NCBI GenBank assembly: GCA_049999805.1
Contig: JBNGIO010003079.1
Location: forward strand, 53,401-73,400
Source: Folioceros fuciformis
Lineage: Eukaryota
Reading direction: 5' to 3'
Length of the DNA: 20,000 nt
A model generated the notes under the pieces. It had not been told where the DNA came from. It worked only from the letters and a program-made list of their open reading frames with translations, and ran no database searches. Below are positions 18,131 to 20,000 of this stretch, one piece after another. Position 1 is the first letter of the stretch. Every line of letters starts with the position of its first letter. Both the position numbers and the translations under genes were made by a program.

Positions 18131-19922
18131 GCTCTTGAAGGCTGCCTTTTTCTAGCTTTACAGCATTCCTGGGATCTCGTCCAGGAGTTTCTTGCATCTC
18201 TGGCCTCGCAGCGAGGTTTCTTGCAGCAAGTCCGGAGAGCATGCGCATCTGAGGGCAGGTTGTCGAGCCCGGGTGGTCACTGGTCGCTTTAGGTTGTGCA
18301 TGTGTGCATTTCCTGCGAAGTAATTTTACAAATTTGTTCCCCATCGAGGGGCTACCAGTTTGTCCATGTGTCTGCAGTTCCTGGATCAGTACCTTTCCTA
18401 CATTTTCTGTTCTCCTTGGGAATCTGACTACGTGCAATTGCTCTTCATGTTTGTGGCCCAATTCCTGACTGGAGACGGCTTTTAGCAGCCTGAGAAATTC
18501 ACTCCTTCCAGGTCTTGTGAGGAAGCCAGGTACAGTAAGGAGCAGGACACGGTAGGGATATGGCCCGATGAACATTGTTGTCTGAAACGAAAATGACCAG
18601 CAAGGGACTCTTCTCTGTTGTTTACTGCCCCAGCGGAGGCTTCGTTTGCACACAGCGACGATCCCGTTAGGCTACCTTTTACTTCCTGGCTTTTTAACTT
18701 TTGGACACGTACCCATCTTGACAGAGAAGGTGGAGGGTTGGGAACGACAGCGGTGGGATTTTGGCAATGGTGAGTTGGTTCTACGTGGGTTGGGAATGAC
18801 GAACCTCGATAATCTATCTGTTCACAACCCTTGAGATCCAATGCCATATCAGTATTCCAATGTTCAGCCCAGACGTGGTGGGCGACGAGCATGTTATATG
18901 ACGCCCTGGATCCCCGACATGGCGTCAGGGTTTGTTCTCTTGAGCTGCAGCCACATCCATCCGGAGAGGAAAGAAGAATCGGATCGATTCAGAGGGAGAA
19001 CAAGAACCCTAGATTGTTGACAGCTAGAGTAGAGCACCAGGTTGCAATGGGACTGCATTAACAGAAAATGGCTGACAGTTCAATGGCACCTAAACCGCAA
19101 GGTTGCTTCCTTCAAGCCGGACGTGCGTTCCACATACAGCCACAACCTAGATAGAGGGATGTAGCTGACTGTTGATTGATTCTCTGACTGAGTTGTGATT
19201 CTGGGCATTTTCTGCAAGTGAAAACCGTCGTGCAGCAATTGGTGAGCCTCTTGCTCCTGAAATGCTTGTGATCTGAGCTCTGTGCTAGGATTGTGGCCGG
19301 ATTGTGCTGGGATCAGCTTGTGAATGAGACTCTGGAGGACATGCGAGCTCCTGTAGCCAGATATTTGTCAATTTGGGTTGTACGTCAACGTGGTGGTAAG
19401 GCTCAGATTGCAAATGCCAGGGTGACACTGCTTCATGCAGAAGCTACTCTAGAGTTGTGGGCGGTTGGAGATTGGGGGACTGTAGTGGTGGTGCCAAGAT
19501 GGCTCTCATTAATGAGGCTGAAAATTACAAACTGCAAAAGAACGTTCTGGTAGACCCTCAGTAAGACTCTCAGTAACGGTGGCTGATTTGACGGGTAGGA
19601 GCAGCATTGTTCTTGATAGGTAAAAGTGGTGCCACCTCTGTAATTGGAAGACAGATTTGTGCTTCATTTGGAGGAGTTGGAAAGTTGCACATCTTTTCTT
19701 CAATTAGGGGTGCTTGAACATTTTCCTCTTCAATGTCCGAAGCTTCATTCCAAATCAAAGGACCATCTTTAAACAAACTCTTTGTTTTATAATCAGGGGA
19801 CCCGACCATGGACCTTGTAGGCCTTGGAACTTTTGTGCTCGAAGAAAATTTTAGGAATGCTTTCAAACGATGCATTCTTGTATCATAATCAACCTACATA
19901 ACATTATTCTTAGTCAATATGA

Positions 19923-20000
19923 CAAACAAAGTTGCAAAACAAGAAAACCCTTATAGCATTCAAACAAAGTTGCAAAACAAGAAAAACCTTATAGCATTCA
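19923..20000. repeat. Tandem duplication, 38-bp unit x2 (may continue beyond window)
   Basis: caaacaaagttgcaaaacaagaaaa(c/a)ccttatagcatt at 19923-19960 and 19961-19998, with one mismatch. Confidence 0.9.

Noticed and set aside
17262-18892. Minus-strand ORFs 17262-17834 (190 aa), 17985-18653 (222 aa) and 18482-18892
   Set aside because: They overlap HSBP or its 3' region in antisense and have no recognisable motifs.

Overview
Gene-dense nuclear DNA from a land plant. The short (~80-165 nt) introns, ~50% GC and tight spacing suggest a compact non-seed-plant genome such as a hornwort (inference). In order, the window holds: (1) the 5' end of a SNARE-associated Golgi/TMEM41-like (VTT) gene on the minus strand, running off the left edge; (2) an AT-rich ~1.3 kb stretch, probably transposon-derived, full of two-copy tandem duplications, palindromes and a repeated CACTAA motif; (3) an intronless 1316-aa symplekin/ESP4-like gene; (4) an 8-exon Der/EngA double-GTPase gene on the minus strand; (5) an intronless cyanobacterial-type SUI1/YciH gene with a plastid-transit-peptide-like leader; (6) a 16-exon FtsHi4 gene with a GC-AG intron and a 33-bp intronic array made of copies of its own splice acceptor; (7) a 5-exon HSBP gene with an in-frame U12 AT-AC intron; (8) an unassigned tail. 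The most notable items are the putative plastid YciH and the stop-carrying decoy-acceptor array. All homology calls come from motifs I recognise, not from database searches.
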